Assembly: GCA_963693115.1 (NCBI GenBank)
Contig: OY843750.1
Coordinates: 1,148,680 to 1,212,679 of the forward strand
Direction of reading: 5' to 3'
Length of the DNA stretch: 64,000 nt
Source: Spirochaetia bacterium
GTDB taxonomy: Bacteria; Spirochaetota; Spirochaetia; WTKD01; G963693115
Positions within the stretch are counted from its first letter, which is position 1. Each line of letters starts with the position of its first letter. Under the pieces are notes generated by a model. It ran no database searches. It was given only the letters and a program-made list of their open reading frames with translations, and had not been told where the DNA came from. Both the position numbers and the translations under genes were made by a program. Of this stretch, positions 28,530-37,221 are shown one piece after another.

Positions 28530-30601
28530 TACTGACCACTAGAATTAAAACGATCGAGTACATCCGACTGGTCTTGCAGTTGTTCTATAGCGGATTCCAT
28601 TCTGCCAAAATCTCTACGTAGCGTATCTTCATAGCGACTTATTCCATCTTCGTATCGATCAATACGAGTTTGGCTTCGACCAATATCTCCCGAAAGTGTT
28701 TGCTTTGCTTGATATACTATTCCATTTGCCTGAATATACGGTTGTAGTAAGTTTGAAACTCCGTATGCAAGGCCATTGTCAATGACAAGGTCTCCATCAA
28801 TATCGTATCCAAGCAAGGTCTTAACCGCATCGAGCGATCCATTTATAGTAGTATCAAGGACTGCTTCGTCCAAGCCTAGATACTGCTGATTGTTATCAGG
28901 AGTAAAGGTATTTGCTCTAAAAGAAATTCCTATCTCTTGTATGCTATTTAATGACTGTTCGGCAGAAAGATTCCACCTACGGGTAATGAGGCTTTGGAGT
29001 TGGCTTTCAAGTCGTATAAGACTTATTGTGCCCGACAGAGCTCCAAGGCGTGAGACATATTCTTCCCGCTCTTCTATAGATTCAAAACTCACGTTGTCTA
29101 AGAGGCTTTCATTATTTTCTGTATATATATTGATTATCTGAAGAAGAATATTATAAGCACCGACAAAAGTGATTATGCTGTCTTTTATATATTCTGCATT
29201 GCTTGCAATCGTGACTTGAACTGGGATCTGAGATGCTCTTAGCAGGTCCAATGTAACGCCAGGAATGATATCGTCTATGGTATTACTGGGTCTCTGTAGG
29301 GCGACTCCTTCGAACGCAACTTGTGCATCAGAAGCCTGCGATAATGGATTTTTTGGTACAAGAGTGCTTTTTGTACTTTTTCCTAAACTAAAATTAAAAA
29401 GGCGAAGATCTTTTTGTACAAGTGGACTTACAATTGATACGCGTATTCTATTTTCTGTTGTTACTGACTCTAGGGGAATTTGAATAGTGCCGTTCAATTC
29501 AGCGTCTTTAGTGCCTACGAGCATGTATTGAGGTATTTTGTCTGCGTTTAGAACAAGCGGGTATTCGGCGGAAGGATCTATGAGATCAAATGCCTCAAAT
29601 AATGGAGATTCAATACCGTCGATGACAATGTCTTCGTATACGCCTGCGGTACTATTGTGCAGATGTTTGTCTTCTGATTTTGAGAGGTCGGTTGTGTTTG
29701 CCAAAGAAGAATCTGCCAAAGAAGAATCTGGCAAAGAAATAGTGCTTTCTATATCTGTTGAGGTTTGAGTTGCGTTTTGTGAAGCAATTAATTCATATGA
29801 AAATTCTAAACTATATTCCCTTGGTTGCGCTACAATGTCTTGTGGCAGATTAATACTGATTTCTGAAATAGAGCCGCTTTCAAATAGCACCCCCTCAGCT
29901 TCACGCCTCATTGTTGGGGGCTGTGTTTCTGAAACAAGCATGATATCCGATGGTTGAATGATACGTTGCGTCTGGCGTGAATCGCTCAAAAGACCAATTT
30001 TTTTTGCGTACTCTAGGGCTACTTCTTCAAAAGTGAGTGTATTGCGCGTTCCAGATATCAGAGATTCGATTAAAAATCTATATTCTTCAGTTTGGTTATC
30101 AACTTGATATAGTGTTGCCCGTAATTGTGATGGGTCTAATTCGTTTATACGTGCAACAAGATCTTTTAATGTATCGCCATCAAACATAAAAGAGAGTGTA
30201 GTATCAGCTACTTTGAATACGTAGTTTCCTTGTGGCACAGAAAAATCAAGGCTCACAGGATCGCTCAAAAAGCGGTCTGTCTTGGCAGTTTCTAAAACTT
30301 CTATCTGATAGTCGGCGAGGTCGACTCCTCGTTGTGCACGCGCTCTTAGTACTGATTCGTCGCTACTTGTGACAAGCCTCTCTGCAAATGGATTTTGGAA
30401 TCCATAAAGACGTTTTGCTGCATCCTGAAGATTACGCATTTTTCCAGCCAAGTCATCCCATATTTTAATTTCTTGTTGCGAGGTAGTTATGTCTTGTTCA
30501 AGGCGGTTTATCGGTATACGCTCAGCGTCTAAAAGGTCTTCGATGAGTTTATTGGTATCAATGCCAGTACTGCTCGAAATACCGGGTACGTTTATTTCCA
30601 T
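28529..30601 (-). CDS. fliD: Flagellar filament capping protein FliD
   Basis: N-terminal GIDTNKLIEDLLDAERIPINRLEQDITTSQQEIKIWDDL and C-terminal TRIDRYEDGISRYEDTLRRDFGRMESAIEQLQ, both typical of FliD. 690 aa. Confidence 0.9.
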   Translation of the reverse strand: MEINVPGISSSTGIDTNKLIEDLLDAERIPINRLEQDITTSQQEIKIWDDLAGKMRNLQDAAKRLYGFQNPFAERLVTSSDESVLRARAQRGVDLADYQIEVLETAKTDRFLSDPVSLDFSVPQGNYVFKVADTTLSFMFDGDTLKDLVARINELDPSQLRATLYQVDNQTEEYRFLIESLISGTRNTLTFEEVALEYAKKIGLLSDSRQTQRIIQPSDIMLVSETQPPTMRREAEGVLFESGSISEISINLPQDIVAQPREYSLEFSYELIASQNATQTSTDIESTISLPDSSLADSSLANTTDLSKSEDKHLHNSTAGVYEDIVIDGIESPLFEAFDLIDPSAEYPLVLNADKIPQYMLVGTKDAELNGTIQIPLESVTTENRIRVSIVSPLVQKDLRLFNFSLGKSTKSTLVPKNPLSQASDAQVAFEGVALQRPSNTIDDIIPGVTLDLLRASQIPVQVTIASNAEYIKDSIITFVGAYNILLQIINIYTENNESLLDNVSFESIEEREEYVSRLGALSGTISLIRLESQLQSLITRRWNLSAEQSLNSIQEIGISFRANTFTPDNNQQYLGLDEAVLDTTINGSLDAVKTLLGYDIDGDLVIDNGLAYGVSNLLQPYIQANGIVYQAKQTLSGDIGRSQTRIDRYEDGISRYEDTLRRDFGRMESAIEQLQDQSDVLDRFNSSGQ

Positions 30602-30645
30602 ATATATGCACTAACTATATACTATAGCAAGTATACTCTCTTTAA

Positions 30646-30672
30646 CTATCGAAAGCTTATATGAATTAATTA
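30646..30672 (-). promoter_or_regulatory. Weak sigma-28-like motif upstream of fliD (TAAT-N15-TTCGATAG)
   Basis: Read on the minus strand: TAAT (30672-30669), a 15-nt spacer, then TTCGATAG (30653-30646), about 45 nt upstream of the fliD ATG. It matches 3/4 and 5/8 of TAAA-N15-GCCGATAA. Confidence 0.25.
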
Positions 30673-30886
30673 GAAAAAAAGGGAATTATCAATGATGAAA
30701 TTATGAAAAGTGATACAGTAGAAAAAAATGACCAATTATGATTTAACTACTTTCAGAAACCATGTATTCGGTTTTGTTTAGTGTAAGTACTCCATAGGTA
30801 ATAAATTTTAGGCCTGCCACCTGTTTCTCCGTACTGACTTTCTACAAAAGTAAAAAAAAATGTTGCTGTGTTCATGTTTCATTTAT

Positions 30887-31255
30887 TTACTCTCTTAATA
30901 TTTTTTCCATTTTACGACCCCTTGCTAATTCGTCAATCAGTTTTTCCATTTGTCTACATTGCTTATACAATTCAAATTCAGCTTCTATTTCTTCAATTCG
31001 ATATCCACAAACGACTCCTTTAATCATGTGTGCATTGGGGTGTATGTTAGCTTTTTGAAAAAATGTTCTAAAAGTTACTTTTGTATCGATAAGAGTTTGT
31101 AATTGATCTTCGTCAAAACCAGTAAACCACTTAATTACTTGATTAAGTTCTTCTTTTGTTCTACCTTTTCTCTCCAATTTATTCACGTATAATGGGTAGA
31201 TGGATGCAAATATCATATTCGCAAATTGTTCATTTTTTTCTGCTGTAACTTTCAT
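30887..31255 (-). CDS. DUF2200 family protein
   Basis: 122 aa. FASIYPLYVNKLERKGRTKEELNQVIKWFTGF...IKGVVCGYRIEEIE...MEKLIDELARGRKMEKILRE matches the conserved DUF2200 pattern as I remember it. Confidence 0.8.
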   Translation of the reverse strand: MKVTAEKNEQFANMIFASIYPLYVNKLERKGRTKEELNQVIKWFTGFDEDQLQTLIDTKVTFRTFFQKANIHPNAHMIKGVVCGYRIEEIEAEFELYKQCRQMEKLIDELARGRKMEKILRE

Positions 31256-31586
31256 GTCTATCCTTATTTTATTGTAGTGTTTTTAATTGCTGTCAAGGAT
31301 CTCGTATATAAAACGTATCGGATCTTAAATACAAAATTTCGGGAAAGCCATATATTTAATTAAAAGCCAGTACTTAGTAAAAACCAGTACTTAATTAAAG
31401 ACAAGAACGGTTCGGGGGCACCTAAACCGCTATTTTATATATATTGTTATCTGATTTGTTTCTTTCGTTCGTGTTACTTACTACTTATCAATATCAAAAT
31501 AGTTTTTTGCAAAAACAGAAACCTTTTTATGTCTTTCCTCAATTTCTTTTTCAGTTATTAGTTGAATTAGAGTTGGATTAGATTGT

Positions 31587-31614
31587 AAAAAAAAAAGAGG
31601 TCAATAAGACCTCT
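31587..31614 (-). terminator. Rho-independent terminator of flaB (bidirectional hairpin)
   Basis: On the minus strand: AGAGGTC-TTATT-GACCTCT (7-bp stem, 31596-31614) followed by a 9-T run. On the plus strand the same hairpin is followed by TTCTTT. Confidence 0.8.
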
Positions 31615-31696
31615 TTCTTTATATTGCTGTTTATTTAGACTGTTTTTTGCTATTGCAAAATGCAAAAACAAAAAGCGTGACAGTGTTACATCAGCG

Positions 31697-32557
31697 CTAC
31701 TGCAAGAGTGACAGCATGACCTGCGGTTGCGTATTTGCCTGAGCGAGCACTGCTGCCGAGGTTTGTGTCAAAATCTGTGTTCTCACGTATTCCGATACCT
31801 CTTTTGCTATATTGACATCACGTATACGAGATTCAGAAGCTTGAAGATTCTCGGCACCGATATCTATACCTTTTCTCATATATGAGAGTCGAGAACTCAC
31901 CGCACCAATTTCTGCTCTCTGGGTGACTACCCCCTGTAAAGCGGTGTCAATGAGCGCTAAGGAACGATTTGCCTCTTCTGGACTTGCTATATTAATCTTA
32001 TCGACTTGCCCATCTAGGTTAGTGAGACCGAGTGCCTCAGTGGTTGCGCTTCCTATATTGATAGAAATGTTTTGGTCTACATTAGCACCAATGTGAAATA
32101 CCAAGGGGGTAGATTCAACACCTTCTTCAGAAGCAGCAAAACGACCGGTAAGCATATTCAAGCCATTAAACTGTCCTTGTGATGCAACTCTATCTAACTC
32201 TTCAATGAGCTGATTAAACTCTACTTGTATAAGTGCCCTATCATCGGAGTTGTAGATTCCGTTTCCAGATTGGACTGCAAGCTCTCTCATACGATGGAGT
32301 ACATCGGTAGTTTCTTCAAGATATCCTTCGGTAGTTTGAAGAAATGATGTGGCATCCTGCACATTGAGCGATGCGCGATTAAGACCGCGTATCTGAGATC
32401 TCATTTTTTCTGAAACAGCAAGACCTGATGCGTCATCAGCAGCCTTGTTTATTCTCATACCCGAAGATAACTTCTCGATATTTGCTTGTATTTCATCAGT
32501 TCTGAGGTTAAGTACTCTACTTGCAAATGCGGAACTGAGATTGTGGTTTATAATCAT
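31697..32557 (-). CDS. flaB: Periplasmic flagellar core flagellin FlaB
   Basis: MIINHNLSSAFASRVL...GMRINKAADDASGLAVSEKMRSQIRGL... and C-terminal SAAVLAQANTQPQVMLSLLQ. 286 aa, typical of spirochaete FlaB. AGGAGGA Shine-Dalgarno. Confidence 0.95.
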   Translation of the reverse strand: MIINHNLSSAFASRVLNLRTDEIQANIEKLSSGMRINKAADDASGLAVSEKMRSQIRGLNRASLNVQDATSFLQTTEGYLEETTDVLHRMRELAVQSGNGIYNSDDRALIQVEFNQLIEELDRVASQGQFNGLNMLTGRFAASEEGVESTPLVFHIGANVDQNISINIGSATTEALGLTNLDGQVDKINIASPEEANRSLALIDTALQGVVTQRAEIGAVSSRLSYMRKGIDIGAENLQASESRIRDVNIAKEVSEYVRTQILTQTSAAVLAQANTQPQVMLSLLQ

Positions 32558-32636
32558 AGATTATGTCCTCCTAACATAGTATTCTCTAAATACTATACCA
32601 CAATAGATAAATAAAATCAATAGACTAAATTAATAT

Positions 32637-32663
32637 TTATCGGGTTTTTTTTATAAATCTTTA
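32637..32663 (-). promoter_or_regulatory. Sigma-28 (FliA) promoter of flaB
   Basis: Minus strand: TAAA (32663-32660), an exact 15-nt spacer, then CCCGATAA (32644-32637). This compares with the consensus TAAA-N15-GCCGATAA. It implies a 5' UTR of about 75 nt. Confidence 0.8.
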
Positions 32664-32810
32664 GCCTTTTATTTGAGGATATATTTTTAATATAGTGCTC
32701 ATATGCTCAAAAAATAAGGAATTTTATCATAAAAACAAAGCAAGCCATGAGGACAGATGCTACGTAACACTCTGAATAGTGCAAATTATGAGTCTTAGAG
32801 CAGGGATAGT

Positions 32811-33110
32811 TTATAAAGAAGACTCGCTATGTTCGTCTTTAATTTCTTTATCAAGTATATCGATTAGTTTTATCACCGAATTTTTTGTGTGAGAGTGGCG
32901 AGAAGAGTACATATCGGTTGCTTTTTCGAGATCATGTGCCAAAAGCAAGGCAGCAAGAACAAGTAATTTATGAGGATCTTCGTTTTCTAAGTCCTCTTTA
33001 ACAAGCCGTATTTTTGAGTCAATGATATCGACAAGGTATTGTACATATTCTTCTTCTTGGTCGCTATGAAGTATAAAGGATTTTCCGAGAAGACTGATTT
33101 GTGTTTTCAT
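32811..33110 (-). CDS. zapA: Cell division protein ZapA
   Basis: 99 aa. ISLLGKSFILHSDQEEEYVQYLVDIID...KLLVLAALLLAHDLEKA fits the ZapA pattern. Confidence 0.7.
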   Translation of the reverse strand: MKTQISLLGKSFILHSDQEEEYVQYLVDIIDSKIRLVKEDLENEDPHKLLVLAALLLAHDLEKATDMYSSRHSHTKNSVIKLIDILDKEIKDEHSESSL

Positions 33111-33187
33111 GTGGTAGGTACTATCGATGTTAGCAGGATTATATACGATCGTATGTTACATGCAAATTGATACATAGTATCTGTGCC

Positions 33188-33862
33188 TTATGTACTTGAT
33201 TCCTCTAGTATTTCTTCGTCAAAAAAGGCAAAGGAGTCATCGTTATCAATACTCACGTCTTTTTGTGGTGATGTCTCCTCAGAAAGAGCATCGTAAGGGG
33301 TGTCTTCGTGCACGTGAGAATCATCTTCTACTTGCTCCAAATCGAGTTCGCCAATTTCAAAGGTATCGGTGTATTCTTCTTCTGGTTTTATAGAGGTTTC
33401 TGCAGGGGGAGAGATGTCAGTCTGATTTTGGTTTTTGGTCAAATCCTCGCTCACATTTTTGTCTAAAGCCAAATTCTCATCCAAAGAAAGAACTGAATTT
33501 TCGCCAATAGTTTTATCAATAGTTTCGTTGATAGAATGTCTAGCAGAGCCTTTGGTAGTATCTGTAGCTGGGCGTTTAGTCTTATTTGTTGCCTTTGTAC
33601 TAAGGGCAGTATGTTCAACCCCTACTTCTTCAAGATTATGTATGACAGAGAGTACCAAGTTCTCAAATTCTTCATGCTCGTGTTCGGCTTTCTCTATTAA
33701 GGCCTCTAGTTCTGAAATTTTACTGTCGTGAGAATTCAGTGTGTCTTTTAGCGAGGTATTCTCGCTGATAAGACGCTGATTTTCTTGTTTGAGTTCATTT
33801 ATCAGTTTGATTGCACTAAGTACCTTGCTTTCAAGAGTAGATAAAAGTGAATGTTCTCCCAT
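33188..33862 (-). CDS. Coiled-coil protein, ZapB-like N-terminus with acidic disordered C-terminus
   Basis: The N-terminal ~80 aa form a heptad coiled coil (LESKVLSAIKLINELKQENQRLISENTSLKDTL...). The C-terminal half is D/E/T-rich. It lies adjacent to zapA. Confidence 0.45.
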   Translation of the reverse strand: MGEHSLLSTLESKVLSAIKLINELKQENQRLISENTSLKDTLNSHDSKISELEALIEKAEHEHEEFENLVLSVIHNLEEVGVEHTALSTKATNKTKRPATDTTKGSARHSINETIDKTIGENSVLSLDENLALDKNVSEDLTKNQNQTDISPPAETSIKPEEEYTDTFEIGELDLEQVEDDSHVHEDTPYDALSEETSPQKDVSIDNDDSFAFFDEEILEESST

Positions 33863-33896
33863 TGATTCCTCCCATGATATCTAACTATGGCTTACC

Positions 33897-34250
33897 CTAA
33901 GGCTTGACCTTACTTTTTTCAAGTAGGGTTTTCATAAAGTCAGGATTTTCAAATAGCATATTTGAAAGTACTTTTCTGTTGATTTCGATTCCCGATTGTT
34001 TTAATGCGTTCATGAAACTAGAATAGTTCATTCCATGTTGCCGTGCTGCGGCTGAGATGCGGGCTATCCATAGAGAACGAAATTCGCGTTTTTTGGCACG
34101 CCTGTCTCTATAAGCATAAAGCAGGGCTTTTGCTACTGCGTCTTTAGTAGTTCGATGAAGATTTTTTCTTCTTCCCCAAAAACCTTTTGCTAGTTTTTGA
34201 TATTTTTTGCGTCGATTCTTTCGTACGGTTCCGTTAATTGCTCGTGGCAT
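33897..34250 (-). CDS. rplT: 50S ribosomal protein L20
   Basis: MPRAINGTVRKNRRKKYQKLAKGFWGRRKNL...AYRDRRAKKREFRSLWIARISAAAR is canonical L20. Confidence 0.97.
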   Translation of the reverse strand: MPRAINGTVRKNRRKKYQKLAKGFWGRRKNLHRTTKDAVAKALLYAYRDRRAKKREFRSLWIARISAAARQHGMNYSSFMNALKQSGIEINRKVLSNMLFENPDFMKTLLEKSKVKP

Positions 34251-34286
34251 ACACTAGTAATATTCCTTAATAGTCTCTCATTGTAA

Positions 34287-34481
34287 TCATTTTGGGAGCA
34301 ATGAGGTAATGCGTTTTTGCTCGCTAGGGTGAAGTATCCCCGCACTTCTTAGATTTCTCTTTCGTTTTGTACTTTTTTTTGTAAGTATGTGGCGTAGCCC
34401 TTGGCGCTTAAACTTGACTTTACCGCTCGCTGTGAGAGAGAAACGTTTTGATACACTTTTTTTCGTTTTTAGTTTAGACAT
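34287..34481 (-). CDS. rpmI: 50S ribosomal protein L35
   Basis: [45 protein letters not shown] is canonical L35. Confidence 0.95.
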   Translation of the reverse strand: MSKLKTKKSVSKRFSLTASGKVKFKRQGLRHILTKKSTKRKRNLRSAGILHPSEQKRITSLLPK

Positions 34482-34512
34482 GGTATTCTCTAACTAGGTT
34501 AGTATAGTGAAT

Positions 34513-34542
34513 AGTATACCACATAATCTATGTTATTGTCAA
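34513..34542 (-). promoter_or_regulatory. Sigma-70-type promoter of rpmI-rplT
   Basis: Minus strand: TTGACA (34542-34537), an 18-nt spacer ending in TGG, then TATACT (34518-34513). infC is not upstream. Confidence 0.6.
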
Positions 34543-34598
34543 TGGCTAGCAATGGTTATTGAACTTTTATATAAGCATTATACAAGCATCCGGCAGAC

Positions 34599-34627
34599 TT
34601 GACAAAATTCTTTATCCATACTATAAT
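34599..34627 (+). promoter_or_regulatory. Consensus sigma-70 promoter of the rpsF-ssb-rpsR operon
   Basis: TTGACA (34599-34604), a 17-nt spacer, then TATAAT (34622-34627). The rpsF ATG is at 34636, only 8 nt after the -10 element. Confidence 0.75.
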
Positions 34628-34635
34628 GAGATAAC

Positions 34636-34953
34636 ATGAAAAAATACGAAGTAGCCTGCGTAATTGAGCCTGATGAAACCATTTTAGAAGAATGTAAGGT
34701 GGCAATTACTAAGCGATTTGAGGAACTTAAGATAGAAGTGCTTGACACCCTTGATATGGGTGTGCGTCCGACAAGCTATCCGTTAAAAAAATTTAACAGT
34801 GCCCATTATGTGGTATATACACTCAATTCTCCTCCTGATGTAATTAGTTCGTTACGATCATATTTGTTGCTTGTAAAAAACCTACTCCGATTCCTTATTA
34901 TTATAAAAGACGAAAAAAAAGAAACAAAGGTTCAAAATAAAGATGGCGAGTGA
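34636..34953 (+). CDS. rpsF: 30S ribosomal protein S6
   Basis: MKKYEVACVIEPD... has an S6-like N-terminus. It is in the rpsF-ssb-rpsR order. Confidence 0.88.
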   Translation: MKKYEVACVIEPDETILEECKVAITKRFEELKIEVLDTLDMGVRPTSYPLKKFNSAHYVVYTLNSPPDVISSLRSYLLLVKNLLRFLIIIKDEKKETKVQNKDGE

Positions 34954-35383
34954 TATAAATTCTGTAATGCTGGTAGGGCGACTCACGCGAGACGCTGAGT
35001 CAAAGACTATTGGTACAAGTTTCTTAAGTACCTTTTCCATTGCTGTCAATAGGCGAGCAAAAGATGCAAACGATAACTGGTCAGATGAAGCAAATTTTTT
35101 TGATATTGAATTTTGGGGAAAACAAGCAGAGGCTATTATTGGATTCTTAAAAAAAGGAAAACAAATTGCCATTGTTGGAAGCCTTAAGCATTCTCGATGG
35201 GAACAAGATGGGCAAAAGCGTAGTAAGGTGACAATCACTGCCCAGAATGTACAACTTCTTGGTTCTGCGTCTAGCGGACAGAATATGTCTGATAATTCTG
35301 CGATTACGCCACAGGCGACCTCGCACACTACACCTCAAAATAGTACTTCATCCGAAGGCTTTGATGATGATATCCCTTTTTAA
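34943..35383 (+). CDS. ssb: Single-stranded DNA-binding protein
   Basis: OB-fold N-terminus INSVMLVGRLTRDAE...FFDIEFWGKQAE and the acidic tail DDDIPF. Confidence 0.95.
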   Translation: MASDINSVMLVGRLTRDAESKTIGTSFLSTFSIAVNRRAKDANDNWSDEANFFDIEFWGKQAEAIIGFLKKGKQIAIVGSLKHSRWEQDGQKRSKVTITAQNVQLLGSASSGQNMSDNSAITPQATSHTTPQNSTSSEGFDDDIPF

Positions 35384-35398
35384 CAATAAAAATACACT

Positions 35399-36301
35399 AT
35401 GAGTCAAGAAACAAACGATAACTCCACTTTAAGTAAGAATGAAGGTACTGAGGCTGTTCAGTACCAAGATACTACAGACCCAGCGTCTGATACTGTGTCT
35501 CTAACAAAAGAAACACCTGTATCAACGCTAGAACCTTCCTTAGAACACGCAGAGCCTCCTGTAGATGTAGGAGACCCAATACCACAGTCGCCAAAAGAGG
35601 TACCAAAAGAGGCACCAATAGAAGCACCAGTAGATGCACCAATAGATGCACCAGTACCTTCAGACTCTGTGACAAGCCCAAAGGAGCAACTAGAAGAACA
35701 ACTAGAAGAACAACCAAAAGAACAACCAAAAGAACAACCAAAAGAACAACCAGAGACAGCAATAGAGCATACAGTGCCCAATGATAATAAGCTCGAGTTA
35801 GAAACAAAATCCGCAACAGAGCCAATAACAAAATCTACAGCAGAGCCTACAACAGAGCCTACAGTGACAAATACGACTCATGACTCGTCATCACCAGTAA
35901 CATCACCATCTGCGTCAGGTATATCTGAACAAGATCCCTCTACTCGTGGCGAAGAATATTCACAATTCGGACACAGTGCACAAAGACATCCTTCTTCATA
36001 TGGCTCTAGCACACAGGCATCATCGACCCGACTAGACATAAGCGAAAAGTCGGGATATCCACGAGAAAACTATGCAAACAAAGACCCCGTGTTGAGAGTA
36101 AGAAGGCGTAGAAAATTTGACAGGATTTCGTCAAAAAATCTTATCATTGATTATAAAAAACCAGAGTTGTTAAAGGACTTCATGAGTGAGTCAGGTAAGA
36201 TTATGCCCCGTATGATTACGGGAGTTTCAGCAAAAAGTCAACGAAAAATAACAAGGGCAATAAAGAGTGCACGTTTCTTGGGGTTGCTACCGTATAAGTA
36301 A
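35399..36301 (+). CDS. rpsR: 30S ribosomal protein S18 with a ~225-aa N-terminal low-complexity extension
   Basis: The C-terminal ~72 aa ([66 protein letters not shown]) are canonical S18. The same frame stays open back to ATG 35399, 16 nt after the ssb stop. Internal GTG/TTG codons near 36083 would give a normal-length S18. Confidence 0.8.
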   Translation: MSQETNDNSTLSKNEGTEAVQYQDTTDPASDTVSLTKETPVSTLEPSLEHAEPPVDVGDPIPQSPKEVPKEAPIEAPVDAPIDAPVPSDSVTSPKEQLEEQLEEQPKEQPKEQPKEQPETAIEHTVPNDNKLELETKSATEPITKSTAEPTTEPTVTNTTHDSSSPVTSPSASGISEQDPSTRGEEYSQFGHSAQRHPSSYGSSTQASSTRLDISEKSGYPRENYANKDPVLRVRRRRKFDRISSKNLIIDYKKPELLKDFMSESGKIMPRMITGVSAKSQRKITRAIKSARFLGLLPYK

Positions 36302-36304
36302 TTC

Positions 36305-37195
36305 ATGGTAATAAGCGCTGCACTCTACGCAATCATAGGATTTGTGTTACACGCGATCCCATTGTTTTCATTTTTTGCTGGGGTACCGCTTTGCATAGCA
36401 TACTATCATGGAGGATATCGTTTTCTTGTATATGTAGGAGGTATGTTTTGCGCGCTCCTATCCCTTCAATACCTTGTTGTACCTTTATTTTTACAAGAAA
36501 TAGAGTCATATCAGTTTTCCCGAACTGCTATATACATACGGATCGGGCTCGCTGTTTCGCTCACGCTATGGTATGTGCTCCATCGAACCAGGTTTTTTAC
36601 TCGTATCTCTATTGTCTCGCTATTATTGTCTTTCTTTTGGATACCTCAAACGCGATTTGTTAGCGAGGTATTTGAAAATATAACACTTACTGAAGCCATA
36701 GACTTTATGTTGCCACCGTTTTCTATTGAAATTGTACAGTTGCTCCTTATGTCATCGCTTATGACAGTGAGTTTTGTTTTGATTATGTTTAGTATCTCAG
36801 TGGCAAAGGTACTCGCTTTTAGATCAAGGATAGCGCTTCATGATTTGTTGCAGTATTTTTTTGTCGGGGTGCACCGAGTATATCGCCCTACACAAATTAT
36901 TTCTCTGGTGGTCTTGGCAGTGCTAGTGTATGTGAGTTCTCTGTTTACCTCTCAAATTTTTTTAATTATAATGCTCAATATTTTCTTTTTTTCATTTGCA
37001 ACCATCCTCTTATATGGATATATATTGTTTTATTTTGTGCTGATGCAACGTGTCAGGTCTAGTTTTACTTTAAAGCTGTATCCACTGTTGGTAATTCTTA
37101 TGTTGGTACCGTATGTTAATATGGCACTTACGGCATATTTTTTGCTTTTGGTAGTGCGACAATCCTTTGGTAGGACCAAAGTGGTAGAGTTTTAA
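36305..37195 (+). CDS. Polytopic membrane protein (possibly DUF2232/YybS-like)
   Basis: 296 aa with 7 or more hydrophobic segments. It lies between rpsR and rplI, where Bacillus carries yybS. That is positional analogy only. Confidence 0.5.
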   Translation: MVISAALYAIIGFVLHAIPLFSFFAGVPLCIAYYHGGYRFLVYVGGMFCALLSLQYLVVPLFLQEIESYQFSRTAIYIRIGLAVSLTLWYVLHRTRFFTRISIVSLLLSFFWIPQTRFVSEVFENITLTEAIDFMLPPFSIEIVQLLLMSSLMTVSFVLIMFSISVAKVLAFRSRIALHDLLQYFFVGVHRVYRPTQIISLVVLAVLVYVSSLFTSQIFLIIMLNIFFFSFATILLYGYILFYFVLMQRVRSSFTLKLYPLLVILMLVPYVNMALTAYFLLLVVRQSFGRTKVVEF

Positions 37196-37221
37196 TGTGA
37201 TATAATGAGGAAGTTAAGCGT

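Noticed and set aside
30756-30882. Small ORF just downstream of the DUF2200 gene (MKHEHSNIFF...), which would extend to ...FVESQYGETGGRPKIYYLWSTYTKQNRIHGF if the 9-A/T tract were one base shorter.
   Set aside because: There is no SD and no recognisable family, and it needs a hypothetical frameshift. I treat it only as a possible gene remnant within the islet finding, not as a feature.
32664-32810. Possible 6S RNA (ssrS) downstream of zapA, by analogy with the E. coli zapA-ssrS arrangement.
   Set aside because: Only ~147 nt are available between the zapA stop and the flaB -35 element. I could not find the long interrupted helix with a central bubble or any terminator, so there is no support from the sequence.
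35458-35831. Two long minus-strand ORFs (107 and 119 aa) opposite the S18 extension.
   Set aside because: They have low-complexity repetitive products ([11 protein letters not shown]; [12 protein letters not shown]) generated by the antisense of the EQPK/APxx repeats. They have no SD and lie fully inside a plus-strand ORF.
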